DNA of 64,000 nt, taken from Mucilaginibacter sp. GTDB taxonomy: Bacteria > Bacteroidota > Bacteroidia > Sphingobacteriales > Sphingobacteriaceae. The translations under genes were made by a program, and so were the position numbers. Shown here in pieces: positions 40,590 through 49,357 of this stretch. Numbering within the stretch: position 1 is the first letter of the stretch; every line of letters starts with the position of its first letter. Below the pieces are notes generated by a model. That model was not told where the DNA came from and did not search any database. It worked only from the letters and a program-made list of their open reading frames with translations. The stretch lies in NCBI RefSeq assembly GCF_039925265.1, contig NZ_JBDSZG010000024.1, forward strand, positions 15,626 through 79,625, in the 5' to 3' direction.

Positions 40590-41750
40590 TTAGGCGGCAG
40601 GTTCTGAGGGTATATAAACAGGAAACTGTATATCAGCCTGATACTGCTGTATCTGGTTCATCAGCTCAGGTAGATCCCCCTGCACATATTTAACACTCTT
40701 CCCGCTATACACTTTACTGAATTGATATAGTGGCATATCGCCCAATTGGTGATACAAGCTTTGGTCGAAAAGCCGGATGTTTCCCTTGCTCATCACCATT
40801 AAAATATCTTCAGGTTTAATGCCATAAAAGGCATCTAAACCCTTGTTGCCGGTATCTTTAACCAGCAGCAGGTCGGCATCAAACCCTTCGGCAATGCTGC
40901 CACAGTTTAGCTTCCAAACATTGGCCGCGTCACTTGTAAGAGAACGGAACAGCTCCTCATCGCTCAGCATTTGCGTTTCGCGGGCGAGGGAAATATGCTC
41001 CCAGATGTTCCAGTCGCTGGTGAGGGTGGAATCTGTGCCGAATAAAATGCGGGTGAACTTTTTTAAGTGGTTAACCGGCGCGGTGGCATTCAGTAAAAAA
41101 TAGTTCGACTGCGGGCACCACACCAGCGCCTTAAAATATCTCGCCTGCGCGGGGCTAAGCGCTACCCCATGAATGCCTATGAGTTTGCGATGCAATAAAT
41201 TCCAGCGGATAAGTTCGTCAATTTCGCTGTGTGCGGCGGGGTTGGTACCCTCGCCAACATGCATTACAACAGGTTGGTTTATCTTTAATGGGTTGTTCAG
41301 CCGTTTTTTCCATTGCTTTTCAAAAGCTACCGAATGCAGGTCCTGCTTGTTTTCTACCAGGCTGATCAGGGCATCATTCGGCCCATTCCGTTCGCCATGG
41401 TTTACTACTGTGGTAACGCCGCAAAGCAGGTTTTTATAAATGCCCCATTGCTCGCGCAGCGCAAGGGGGATCTTTAGCCCCGCGGCAATTTCATCCGCAT
41501 AGGTTTTATGGATATGTTCCCCCCATTCGGTATAGCTTTTATAAGTAAGGTTGCCTAATTGGGGGAAGAGATTAAAATCGAGATGGTCGTGCGAATTGAT
41601 CAGCCCGGGGAAGGCCCAGGCGTTGGAAAACATCACTTCGGATTGCCCCTTTTCTATCAGAGGCACAGTTGATAGCCGGGCAATTTTGCCTTCGCTTATG
41701 CGGATACTTACGTTTGTACCGTTAATGAGCTGCACATTATTTAGTATCAT
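40590..41750 (-). CDS. Metal-dependent amidohydrolase (nucleoside deaminase-like)
   Basis: PGLINSHDH (HxH), MHVGEG, IHGV, FGTDS, GSIAEGFDAD; start at ATG 41750. Confidence 0.85.
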   Translation of the reverse strand: MILNNVQLINGTNVSIRISEGKIARLSTVPLIEKGQSEVMFSNAWAFPGLINSHDHLDFNLFPQLGNLTYKSYTEWGEHIHKTYADEIAAGLKIPLALREQWGIYKNLLCGVTTVVNHGERNGPNDALISLVENKQDLHSVAFEKQWKKRLNNPLKINQPVVMHVGEGTNPAAHSEIDELIRWNLLHRKLIGIHGVALSPAQARYFKALVWCPQSNYFLLNATAPVNHLKKFTRILFGTDSTLTSDWNIWEHISLARETQMLSDEELFRSLTSDAANVWKLNCGSIAEGFDADLLLVKDTGNKGLDAFYGIKPEDILMVMSKGNIRLFDQSLYHQLGDMPLYQFSKVYSGKSVKYVQGDLPELMNQIQQYQADIQFPVYIPSEPAA

Positions 41751-42489
41751 TTCCCCTCCCAAAATGCATCCCGTAGATGATCGGGAAATCTTTATAGCTT
41801 TCGTACACATGCAGGGCTTTCTGCTTTTCGTAATAGTGCTTTACCGATTCATCTATCTTCATTTCCTCCTGGGCAATCAGCCGGAAGTTATGATTGAGCA
41901 AGATCTCTTTGATGGTACTGGTGAGGTGCACAAAGTTTTGCACCGCGATGAAAGCGTTATCGTGTTTAAAAGTGCGCTTGCCGCCGTATGCCAATGTGCT
42001 GGGATGAAAATCAGTTATCACAATGTCGCCGGTATTTTTTAGGATGCGGCACCAGGCCTTTAGCGCCTCCTCGATGTTTTTAATATGGGCAACGGTGAGG
42101 GTAGAAACAATGGTATCATAGCTTTTTGAGGGGATATCCTTAAACAGGTTATCGGTGATCTGGTAAGTTTGGGCCTCAGGAAACTTTTGCTCCAACCGGC
42201 GCAGCATGCCCGATGATACATCAAAGCCGGTAAGTTTCGCCGGGCGAAGGTTCAGTATTTTTTGCCAGTGCCTGCCTGTTCCACAGCCAATATCCGCCAC
42301 TTTTTTATTTTGGACAGGCAGGTTGGCCAGCAGTTTTGTAAACACGGCCTCGTCGAGGTCAAGCATGAGGTTATCCGGCTGCTCATCGTAGTTTTTCGAC
42401 CAGATATCATACGCCTCAACGGAATCTTTCTCCTTTATTGTCGAAGGAAAAAGATGCTGTTTTACATAGTTTTTAAGCGTTGCTATCAC
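41737..42489 (-). CDS. Class I SAM-dependent methyltransferase
   Basis: AYDIWSKNYD, VADIGCGTGR, GFDVSSGML. Confidence 0.88.
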   Translation of the reverse strand: MIATLKNYVKQHLFPSTIKEKDSVEAYDIWSKNYDEQPDNLMLDLDEAVFTKLLANLPVQNKKVADIGCGTGRHWQKILNLRPAKLTGFDVSSGMLRRLEQKFPEAQTYQITDNLFKDIPSKSYDTIVSTLTVAHIKNIEEALKAWCRILKNTGDIVITDFHPSTLAYGGKRTFKHDNAFIAVQNFVHLTSTIKEILLNHNFRLIAQEEMKIDESVKHYYEKQKALHVYESYKDFPIIYGMHFGRGNDTK

Positions 42490-42521
42490 GGGCGATGAGA
42501 TTTAAAACCTGGTTAATAAGA

Positions 42522-42549
42522 ATTACGGTTACCTGCCTGCAAAGGTTGC
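42522..42549 (-). promoter_or_regulatory. Putative ECF sigma promoter (site 2)
   Basis: Minus strand GCAACC-16 nt-CGTAAT, facing GTG 42489. Confidence 0.75.
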
Positions 42550-42575
42550 CAGCGCTGTTTTATTTATGTGCCGAG

Positions 42576-42603
42576 GCAACGGGCAAGCCTGGCCCGGCGT
42601 ATT
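42576..42603 (+). promoter_or_regulatory. Putative ECF sigma promoter (site 3)
   Basis: GCAACG-16 nt-CGTATT, back-to-back with site 2. Confidence 0.7.
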
Positions 42604-42659
42604 TATAAATGTGCGGGATGATAAGTGCCGACAGATTAAAGTTTTTGTGATATGGGCAG

Positions 42660-42710
42660 CTCCCGGTTTAAACGAGGTGAGGGTAAAACCTCATCACCGG
42701 GAGATTTTTT
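42660..42710 (+). terminator. Terminator/attenuator-like hairpin in the radical SAM operon leader
   Basis: CTCCCGGT...GGTGAGG-GTAAAA-CCTCATC-ACCGGGAG followed by ATTTTTT. Confidence 0.5.
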
Positions 42711-42741
42711 GATAGCGATAAATAAAGCCGGGCAACCCCTA

Positions 42742-44244
42742 ATGGACAGGATATTATTATTTAACCCCAAAAGCTCGATAAATAAGTACCGGATCCCCAA
42801 CTCCATTTTAAACATTGCAGCCTCGGTTGATGGGAAATATGGCTGGGTGATAGTGGATGGCAATTGCGAGGCCGATCCCCTGGCGAAAATTGACAGCTAC
42901 CTCGGCGGCGGCGAGATCAAATACCTTGGTTTTACTGTGATGCCCGGTCCGCAGTTAAAGCAGGCCATCACCATTGCCAAAGCTATTAAAGCCAAATATC
43001 CGCGTACAAAAATGATATGGGGCGGTTACTTCCCCTCCAACCAGCCCAATGCCGTGCTGTATTCGGGCTATGTGGATTTTATTATCAACGGCCCCGGCGA
43101 TCACGCTTTTCCACAGTTGATAGAGGCTTTGGAGAACGGGCAGCCTTTCGAATTTATTAAAAATCTCATTTATAAAGCTACCGATGGCCGCATCTTTAAA
43201 ACCGCGAAGGAGGACCTGATAGACCAGGATTCGCTGCCGCCATTGCCCTATGATAAGCTGGCCAAATTTTACCCTATCCCTAAATTTTTAGGGAAGACTT
43301 ACCTGGGCGAAAAAACACTGGCCTACCATTCCAGTATCGGCTGCCCCTTCACTTGTTCGTTTTGCGCGGTGGTACCTATTTACGAGGCCAGGTGGAAGGC
43401 GAAATCGGCGCAAACGGTTTATAACGATGTGAAATATATTAAGGATAAATGGGGTGCGGATGCGATCGAATTTCATGATAATAACTTCTTTGTATCAGAA
43501 AAACGCGCGGTTGAATTTGCCAGGCTGATAAAACCCGAGAACATGACCTGGTGGGGCATGGCACGCATCGATACCATGCACAAATTCAAAGATTCGTCGT
43601 TACAAGCCATTCGCGAATCGGGCTGTAAGATCATCTTCTTTGGTGCCGAAAGCGGTAACAACGCCATACTGGAACAAATGGATAAAGGCGGTACCCAAAC
43701 CGGCGACCAGATCATCGAATTTGCCGAACGGCTGAAAAAATTTGATATCATCCCCGAATACTCTTTTGTATTGGGTACGCCCGCGCCAACAGCGCAGCAG
43801 GTGCAATCGCAGATAGATTTTGAGATAGATTTCATCAAAAAAGTAAAAGCCGTAAACCCCAAAACGGAGATAGTGATCTATACCTATAGCCCTGTACCTA
43901 CAGAAGGTTCGGAACTGTACAAACAGGTTTTATCGAGTGGTTTCCGCTTCCCCGAAACGCTGGAGGATTGGATAAGCCCGGCCTGGGAAAGCTTCGATCT
44001 TCGTAAAAACCCGCTTACGCCCTGGCTTACGCCGGAGATGATAGATAAGATAAGGAATTTTGAGACGGTGCTGAACGGCGTATACCCAACGGTAACCGAT
44101 ATCCGCCTCAACTGGCTAAAACGCCGGGCCATAAAGCTGATAGCAGGCTTACGCTACAAAACAGACCTGTACCAATACCCGTACGAGATAAAGCTATTGC
44201 AAAAAGTTTGGCGCTACCGCCAGCCCGAGATCCAGGGTTTTTAA
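42742..44244 (+). CDS. Cobalamin-binding-domain radical SAM protein (class B-like) 1
   Basis: N-terminal B12-binding-type fold (GFTVM, IWGGYFP), GCPFTCSFC, FHDNNF, FGAESG; ATG 42742. Confidence 0.9.
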   Translation: MDRILLFNPKSSINKYRIPNSILNIAASVDGKYGWVIVDGNCEADPLAKIDSYLGGGEIKYLGFTVMPGPQLKQAITIAKAIKAKYPRTKMIWGGYFPSNQPNAVLYSGYVDFIINGPGDHAFPQLIEALENGQPFEFIKNLIYKATDGRIFKTAKEDLIDQDSLPPLPYDKLAKFYPIPKFLGKTYLGEKTLAYHSSIGCPFTCSFCAVVPIYEARWKAKSAQTVYNDVKYIKDKWGADAIEFHDNNFFVSEKRAVEFARLIKPENMTWWGMARIDTMHKFKDSSLQAIRESGCKIIFFGAESGNNAILEQMDKGGTQTGDQIIEFAERLKKFDIIPEYSFVLGTPAPTAQQVQSQIDFEIDFIKKVKAVNPKTEIVIYTYSPVPTEGSELYKQVLSSGFRFPETLEDWISPAWESFDLRKNPLTPWLTPEMIDKIRNFETVLNGVYPTVTDIRLNWLKRRAIKLIAGLRYKTDLYQYPYEIKLLQKVWRYRQPEIQGF

Positions 44245-44256
44245 TTTTTTTTGAAC

Positions 44257-45003
44257 ATGCCCCAGCAGGAAACCTACATATTGCCAATACAAGAAACAGA
44301 GTCCGATTTTGAGCAGCTGTACCTTGGCGTGCGCGGGCTGGAGCAACGGATTTATACCGATGAACAGCTACGGCAACTGCCGGAGATAGCGTCATCGCAT
44401 GTGCATTACCAAGAATGGCAGATCAGGAAGCGCTCGTCGGAACGGTTGGTTACTTACCTCGCCAAAAAGAAAAAGCCTTTAACTATTTTGGAGATAGGCT
44501 GCGGCAACGGATGGTTGGCAGCAAAACTGGCACAAGTAGCCGGTGCAGACGTTGTTGCACTGGATGTGAACCGGCTGGAAATTAGCCAGGCAAAACGTGT
44601 TTTTAAACAAGCCAATCTGCAATTTTTTAGCGGCAGTTTTGATGAGCAGCATTTTGCAGGACTTAGGTTTGATGTAATCGTGTTCGCGGCGGCGATCCAA
44701 TACTTTTCTCCGCTAAAAGATATGCTGCAAAAGATGCAGGGGTATCTTAGTAATGAAGGCGAGATCCACATCATCGACAGTAATTTTTATACTCCTTTTA
44801 CTGTGGAGCACGCCGTTTTGCGCACACAGGAATATTATATGGCCATGCGGTACCCGGAGATGGCGGCCTTTTATTATCATCACCGCCTGGATGAATTGGA
44901 CGGTTTCGACTACCAGATCTTAAGTGATCCGCATAGTTTTAAGAACCGTTTGTTGAAAGATAGGCCGTTTTATTGGATACGAGTTAACAATGGCGCGGTA
45001 TGA
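44257..45003 (+). CDS. Class I SAM-dependent methyltransferase
   Basis: ILEIGCGNGW, ALDVN, FDVIVFAAAIQY. Confidence 0.88.
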   Translation: MPQQETYILPIQETESDFEQLYLGVRGLEQRIYTDEQLRQLPEIASSHVHYQEWQIRKRSSERLVTYLAKKKKPLTILEIGCGNGWLAAKLAQVAGADVVALDVNRLEISQAKRVFKQANLQFFSGSFDEQHFAGLRFDVIVFAAAIQYFSPLKDMLQKMQGYLSNEGEIHIIDSNFYTPFTVEHAVLRTQEYYMAMRYPEMAAFYYHHRLDELDGFDYQILSDPHSFKNRLLKDRPFYWIRVNNGAV

Positions 45004-46046
45004 TAGGGCAGGGCTTATTCCATACTTTTAAGCGTTACCGCACGCTGCAAACGCATCAAATAACCGCGCTGCCTGTGGTGATTTTAATGCCCCATAGTGC
45101 CTGCAACTGCCGCTGTGTAATGTGCGATATATGGAAGGATAACAAAAACCTGAAGCAGCTAACCGAGCGGGACGTTGAGGGGCTATTAACCAATTTAAAA
45201 CAACTGGGCACTCAGCAGGTGCTCATGTCGGGCGGGGAGGCTTTGCTGAATGCCAACTTCTTCGGGCTGTGCCGCATCCTGAAAAAGCAGGGTATAAAAA
45301 TTACGCTGCTATCTACCGGGCTGTCCATCAAAAGGCACGCTTTGGACATTATACAATGGGTAGACGATCTCATCCTGTCGCTGGATGGTGACGAGTCACT
45401 GCACGATGCTATCCGCGATATCCCCGGGGCATTTAAAAAACTGAAGGAAGGAGTGGAGCAGATCCGTTCGATAGAACCGGCCTACCCCATTACCGCCCGT
45501 ACAGTCATCCATCGGTTGAATTTTCGCAATTGGCAGACTATTATTGATGCCGCGAAAAACATAGGGATAAACCAGGTAAGTTTTTTACCCGCAGATGTAA
45601 GTAGCCATGCCTTTAACCGCCAAACAGCATGGAGCGAACCCAGGCAAAATGAAATACTGCCGGGCGAAAATGAACTGGCAGAACTATATCAAATAGTGGA
45701 AGCGGTAATTGCTGACAAGGCCAATTTCGACAATCAATTCATCGCCGAATCGCCCGAAAAACTCCACGACATTTATAGATACTACGCCGCTTTTTATGGG
45801 TTGAACGCTTTTCCGTTTAAAAAATGTAACGCGCCCTGGGTGTCGGCAGTAATAGAAGCTGATGGTAGCGTCCGCCCCTGCTTTTTCCATGAAGCTACGG
45901 GTAACATTCGCGATTCTTCGCTGGCGCAGATCCTGAATAGCGAGGCTTCGGTAAACTTCCGCCGAACGCTGGATATGGGCACCAACCCAACCTGCGTAAA
46001 ATGTGTGTGTTCGTTAAATTTATCGCCCCTGGCGAAACTTAATTAA
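45000..46046 (+). CDS. Radical SAM protein with SPASM/twitch domain
   Basis: CNCRCVMC, SGGEALL, SLDG, C-terminal CNAPW...DGSVRPC...CVKCVC. Confidence 0.9.
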   Translation: MIGQGLFHTFKRYRTLQTHQITALPVVILMPHSACNCRCVMCDIWKDNKNLKQLTERDVEGLLTNLKQLGTQQVLMSGGEALLNANFFGLCRILKKQGIKITLLSTGLSIKRHALDIIQWVDDLILSLDGDESLHDAIRDIPGAFKKLKEGVEQIRSIEPAYPITARTVIHRLNFRNWQTIIDAAKNIGINQVSFLPADVSSHAFNRQTAWSEPRQNEILPGENELAELYQIVEAVIADKANFDNQFIAESPEKLHDIYRYYAAFYGLNAFPFKKCNAPWVSAVIEADGSVRPCFFHEATGNIRDSSLAQILNSEASVNFRRTLDMGTNPTCVKCVCSLNLSPLAKLN

Positions 46047-46054
46047 GCAGAAAC

Positions 46055-47518
46055 ATGGGCAGCATCCTATTCACTCATTCCTACTTTTTACGTTTCGACC
46101 CGAAGCAATGGTCTATAGGGCAACCCTATGCGCCATTGGGAACTTTATACGCCGCCGCCCTGATGCGGCAGCATGGATATGAGACAAGTTTATTTGATAC
46201 CATGTTTGCGCACAGCGCGGATGAGGTGATCCCTGCTATTGAAGCGCAAACGCCCCAATTCTTTGTGATCTACGATGATGGCTTTAACTACCTCACCAAA
46301 ATGTGCCTCACCAATATGCGCGAGGCGGCATTTAAAATGTGCAAGCTGGCTAAAGAGCGCGGATGCACGGTGATTGTATCCAGTTCAGATTCTACCGACC
46401 GCTATGCCGAATATCTTGCCGAAGGCGCCGATCTGGTGATCATCGGCGAGGCGGAGCATACGTTATTGGAGTTGTGTAACCATATCAAAGGCGGCCAAAC
46501 CGACTACAGCGGCATTATGGGACTTGCATTTGATGATGGCCATAAAATAACCAAAACACCCGCCCGCCCGGTGCTGAAGGACCTCGACAGCCTGCCCCTG
46601 CCTGCCTGGGACTTGGTGGATATGGATAAATACCGGGACATGTGGATGCGGCACACGGGGTATTTCTCCATCAATATTGGCACTACACGCGGCTGTCCGT
46701 TTAAATGTAACTGGTGCGCCAAGCCTATTTACGGCAACCGCTATAACTCGCGCAGCCCGCAAAATGTGGTGGCGGAAATTAAGCTGCTGAAACAAAATTA
46801 CCGGATGGACCACATTTGGTTTTGTGATGATATTTTTGGGCTGAAACCCGGCTGGGTTTTAGAATTTGCCCGCTTGCTGGAGCAGGAAGAGATAAGCATA
46901 AAATTCAAAATTCAATCCCGCGCCGATCTGTTGGTGGAGGAGGAATTGGTAGCCGCCCTTGCCCGCTCGGGCTGCCAAAACGTTTGGATAGGGGCGGAAA
47001 GCGGCTCGCAAAAGATACTGGACGCTATGGATAAAGGCATCACCACTACACAGATTGCAACGGCCACAGGTTTGATGAAAAAGCATGGTATCAAACCTTC
47101 GTTCTTTATCCAGTTTGGTTACCCCGGCGAAACAAAAAGCGATATCGGTCTCACCATCGATATGATCAACAGACTGTTGCCTTTTGAGATAGGAATCTCG
47201 GTATCGTACCCTTTACCCGGCACCGGTTTTTACGAAAAGGTAAAAGCCGAACTGAAAAAGAAAACCAACTGGGCCGATTCTGACGAGATGGCGCTGATGT
47301 TTACCAATACCTTCCCGGCGCCGTATTACAAGCAATTGCATAGTTACGTGCACCAGAACTATCATAAGCACCTGGCCAAGAACAGCCTGGTTAAATTGCT
47401 CAAAGCGCCGGCATCTGCAACAAAGAGCACGCTTAGAAAAGCGCTCTCGGTATTTTACCATACGCCCCGTACCTACATTGAAAAATTAAAGCTGAACAGA
47501 TTGGAGAACGCGTTATGA
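46055..47518 (+). CDS. Cobalamin-binding-domain radical SAM protein (class B-like) 2
   Basis: PLGTLYAAA, IGEAE, TRGCPFKCNWC, FCDDIF, IGAESGSQKILDAMDKG, FGYPGET. Confidence 0.92.
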   Translation: MGSILFTHSYFLRFDPKQWSIGQPYAPLGTLYAAALMRQHGYETSLFDTMFAHSADEVIPAIEAQTPQFFVIYDDGFNYLTKMCLTNMREAAFKMCKLAKERGCTVIVSSSDSTDRYAEYLAEGADLVIIGEAEHTLLELCNHIKGGQTDYSGIMGLAFDDGHKITKTPARPVLKDLDSLPLPAWDLVDMDKYRDMWMRHTGYFSINIGTTRGCPFKCNWCAKPIYGNRYNSRSPQNVVAEIKLLKQNYRMDHIWFCDDIFGLKPGWVLEFARLLEQEEISIKFKIQSRADLLVEEELVAALARSGCQNVWIGAESGSQKILDAMDKGITTTQIATATGLMKKHGIKPSFFIQFGYPGETKSDIGLTIDMINRLLPFEIGISVSYPLPGTGFYEKVKAELKKKTNWADSDEMALMFTNTFPAPYYKQLHSYVHQNYHKHLAKNSLVKLLKAPASATKSTLRKALSVFYHTPRTYIEKLKLNRLENAL

Positions 47519-48336
47519 CGGAAGCGATCCATCCAAATGAGCAATTGGCAGAAACAGCCTTCAGCAATCAATCGGTTGTGTTTGATAAGCTGTACTCCGG
47601 CAATACCATTATCAATTACAAGCGTAGGCGCGTACGCGATCATGTGTTGCAATACCTTAAACCCGGCGGCGGTATATTAGAATTGAACAGCGGCACCGGC
47701 GAGGATGCTATATTCTTTGCGCAGCGGGGCTTCAAAGTTCACGCCACTGATATCTCCGTGGGGATGCAGGGCGAATTGAAACGCAAAGCGGAGCTCTTGG
47801 GGCTTACTGACGATATTAGTAACGAAATCTGCTCGTACACCCAGCTAAACGAGCTGCAAAATAAAGGGCCGTACGATTTGATCTTCTCCAATTTTGCCGG
47901 CCTGAATTGCACCGGTGAACTTGATAAGGTACTAACCTCCTTTCCCGCCTTACTAAAATCGGGCGGCATGGCTACACTGGTGATCCTCCCTAAATTTTGT
48001 TTATGGGAAACGCTGCTGGTTTTCAAAGGGAAGTTCAGAACCGCTTTCCGCAGGTTTTTTAGCAGCAAGGGCCGTAAGGCGCATGTGGAGGGTGTGCATT
48101 TTAAATGCTGGTACTATAACCCATCCTATGTGATCAACCAACTGAAAAATGAATTTGATGTTTTAGGTATTGAGGGTTTATGCACCATGGTGCCGCCATC
48201 CTACATAGAAAGTTTTGCGGAAAAGCATCCCACGACCTATAAACGCCTGAGCAGGCTGGAAGACAAATGGAAAAGTACCTGGCCCTGGAAATACATGGGC
48301 GATTACTACATTATCTCGCTAAAAAAGAAGCTGTAA
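47515..48336 (+). CDS. Class I SAM-dependent methyltransferase
   Basis: ILELNSGTGED, ATDIS, YDLIFSNFAGLNC. Confidence 0.88.
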   Translation: MTEAIHPNEQLAETAFSNQSVVFDKLYSGNTIINYKRRRVRDHVLQYLKPGGGILELNSGTGEDAIFFAQRGFKVHATDISVGMQGELKRKAELLGLTDDISNEICSYTQLNELQNKGPYDLIFSNFAGLNCTGELDKVLTSFPALLKSGGMATLVILPKFCLWETLLVFKGKFRTAFRRFFSSKGRKAHVEGVHFKCWYYNPSYVINQLKNEFDVLGIEGLCTMVPPSYIESFAEKHPTTYKRLSRLEDKWKSTWPWKYMGDYYIISLKKKL

Positions 48337-48337
48337 A

Positions 48338-49258
48338 TTATTGCGCCACGCGCTCTTCGGTTTGTTGCAGCAGGTAGTTGAGCTTGTTTTTATAGCGCTC
48401 TATCAACCGGTTTTGAAAATTGACCGGGTCGGGTTTGGCGAAGTGTTTGCCTGCCGACATGCCCATCACTATCCCCCGCAGGTTCAGCTTTTTCTGCACG
48501 GTTTTCTTAACCCATCGTTTAGAAGTGATCTTCAGGAAGGTATCATCCAGCAGATCGCCAAGTTGGTTATTCAGCAGGAACTCTACCAGTTTTTTAAGCA
48601 CATAAGTTTGTAATGGCTTTGCCGAAGCGAGGCGTAAGGGTTTATTAGGCAGAAAGGTACGTGTCCAGCTGTTGGCGGCGTAGAATTTCTCAAACACCAC
48701 ATCACCCTCCAAAGGGATCAGGGTATCGGTCTCAATGGCGGTATAAATATTCTTCTCGGCAATTTGCAGTTGCTGCTCATCTATATAATAATTCATGCAG
48801 TAATTGTGCTGCTTGTTTACCAAAAACGTGAATTTTTTAAAGCAGTGCATCAGCGTGCGCGCTACCCAAAGGCGGTTTTTGGCGGTGATGATAAACAGGT
48901 CGATATCTGAGCGTTCATCCGCGAAGTTTTTTGATAAGGAACCCGAGATGCCGATGCCGCGCACGTATGGGAATTTGATAAGGAACTGGCCAACCTCCTT
49001 GGCCTTCGCTATCATTTCGGCGGCTTTTTGGTTACCGCAGTTACGGCGGATGATGATGAGGTAATCGTTTTTTAGCGAGTAGAATTTATCAAACTGGTAG
49101 ATCATTTTACCGGCAACCAGATAATTAATGGCCTCGCTGAATTGCGCCTGGCAATGCTTTTCGCCCAAAAACAGGTAGATCTCGCCGTAGGTAAGGGGAT
49201 AATCAAACATATCAAAGTATGCGAGGGCGGCTAAGATATTTCTGTTAATGGTTAACAC
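48338..49258 (-). CDS. Nucleotidyltransferase-domain protein
   Basis: GISGSLS...DIDLFII matches the Pol-beta-type GS-x(n)-DxD motif; N-terminal YFDMFDYPLT segment. Confidence 0.65.
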   Translation of the reverse strand: MLTINRNILAALAYFDMFDYPLTYGEIYLFLGEKHCQAQFSEAINYLVAGKMIYQFDKFYSLKNDYLIIIRRNCGNQKAAEMIAKAKEVGQFLIKFPYVRGIGISGSLSKNFADERSDIDLFIITAKNRLWVARTLMHCFKKFTFLVNKQHNYCMNYYIDEQQLQIAEKNIYTAIETDTLIPLEGDVVFEKFYAANSWTRTFLPNKPLRLASAKPLQTYVLKKLVEFLLNNQLGDLLDDTFLKITSKRWVKKTVQKKLNLRGIVMGMSAGKHFAKPDPVNFQNRLIERYKNKLNYLLQQTEERVAQ

Positions 49259-49320
49259 GTGTTGCTTTTTGATTTTATTTATGCCGGATTAACCGGTACC
49301 GTTGGCTATTGTATATAATG

Positions 49321-49348
49321 ATGACGGGCCAAAACCCTGTTTGGTTGC
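49321..49348 (-). promoter_or_regulatory. Putative ECF sigma promoter (site 4)
   Basis: Minus strand GCAACC-16 nt-CGTCAT, facing GTG 49258. Confidence 0.75.
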
Positions 49349-49357
49349 TTGTTTAAA

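Noticed and set aside
42604-42741. Cobalamin or SAM riboswitch
   Set aside because: I could not find the B12-box or GGGAA/ACTG core, or the SAM-I core; only a hairpin and T run are supported.
42732-42759. Extra GCAACC just before the first radical SAM ATG
   Set aside because: No CG -10 element at the 16-nt spacing.
42742-47518. Hopanoid (HpnJ/HpnP) or bacteriochlorophyll (BchE) pathway
   Set aside because: No squalene-hopene cyclase, hpn or bch genes in the window; a B12-radical SAM fold alone is not specific.
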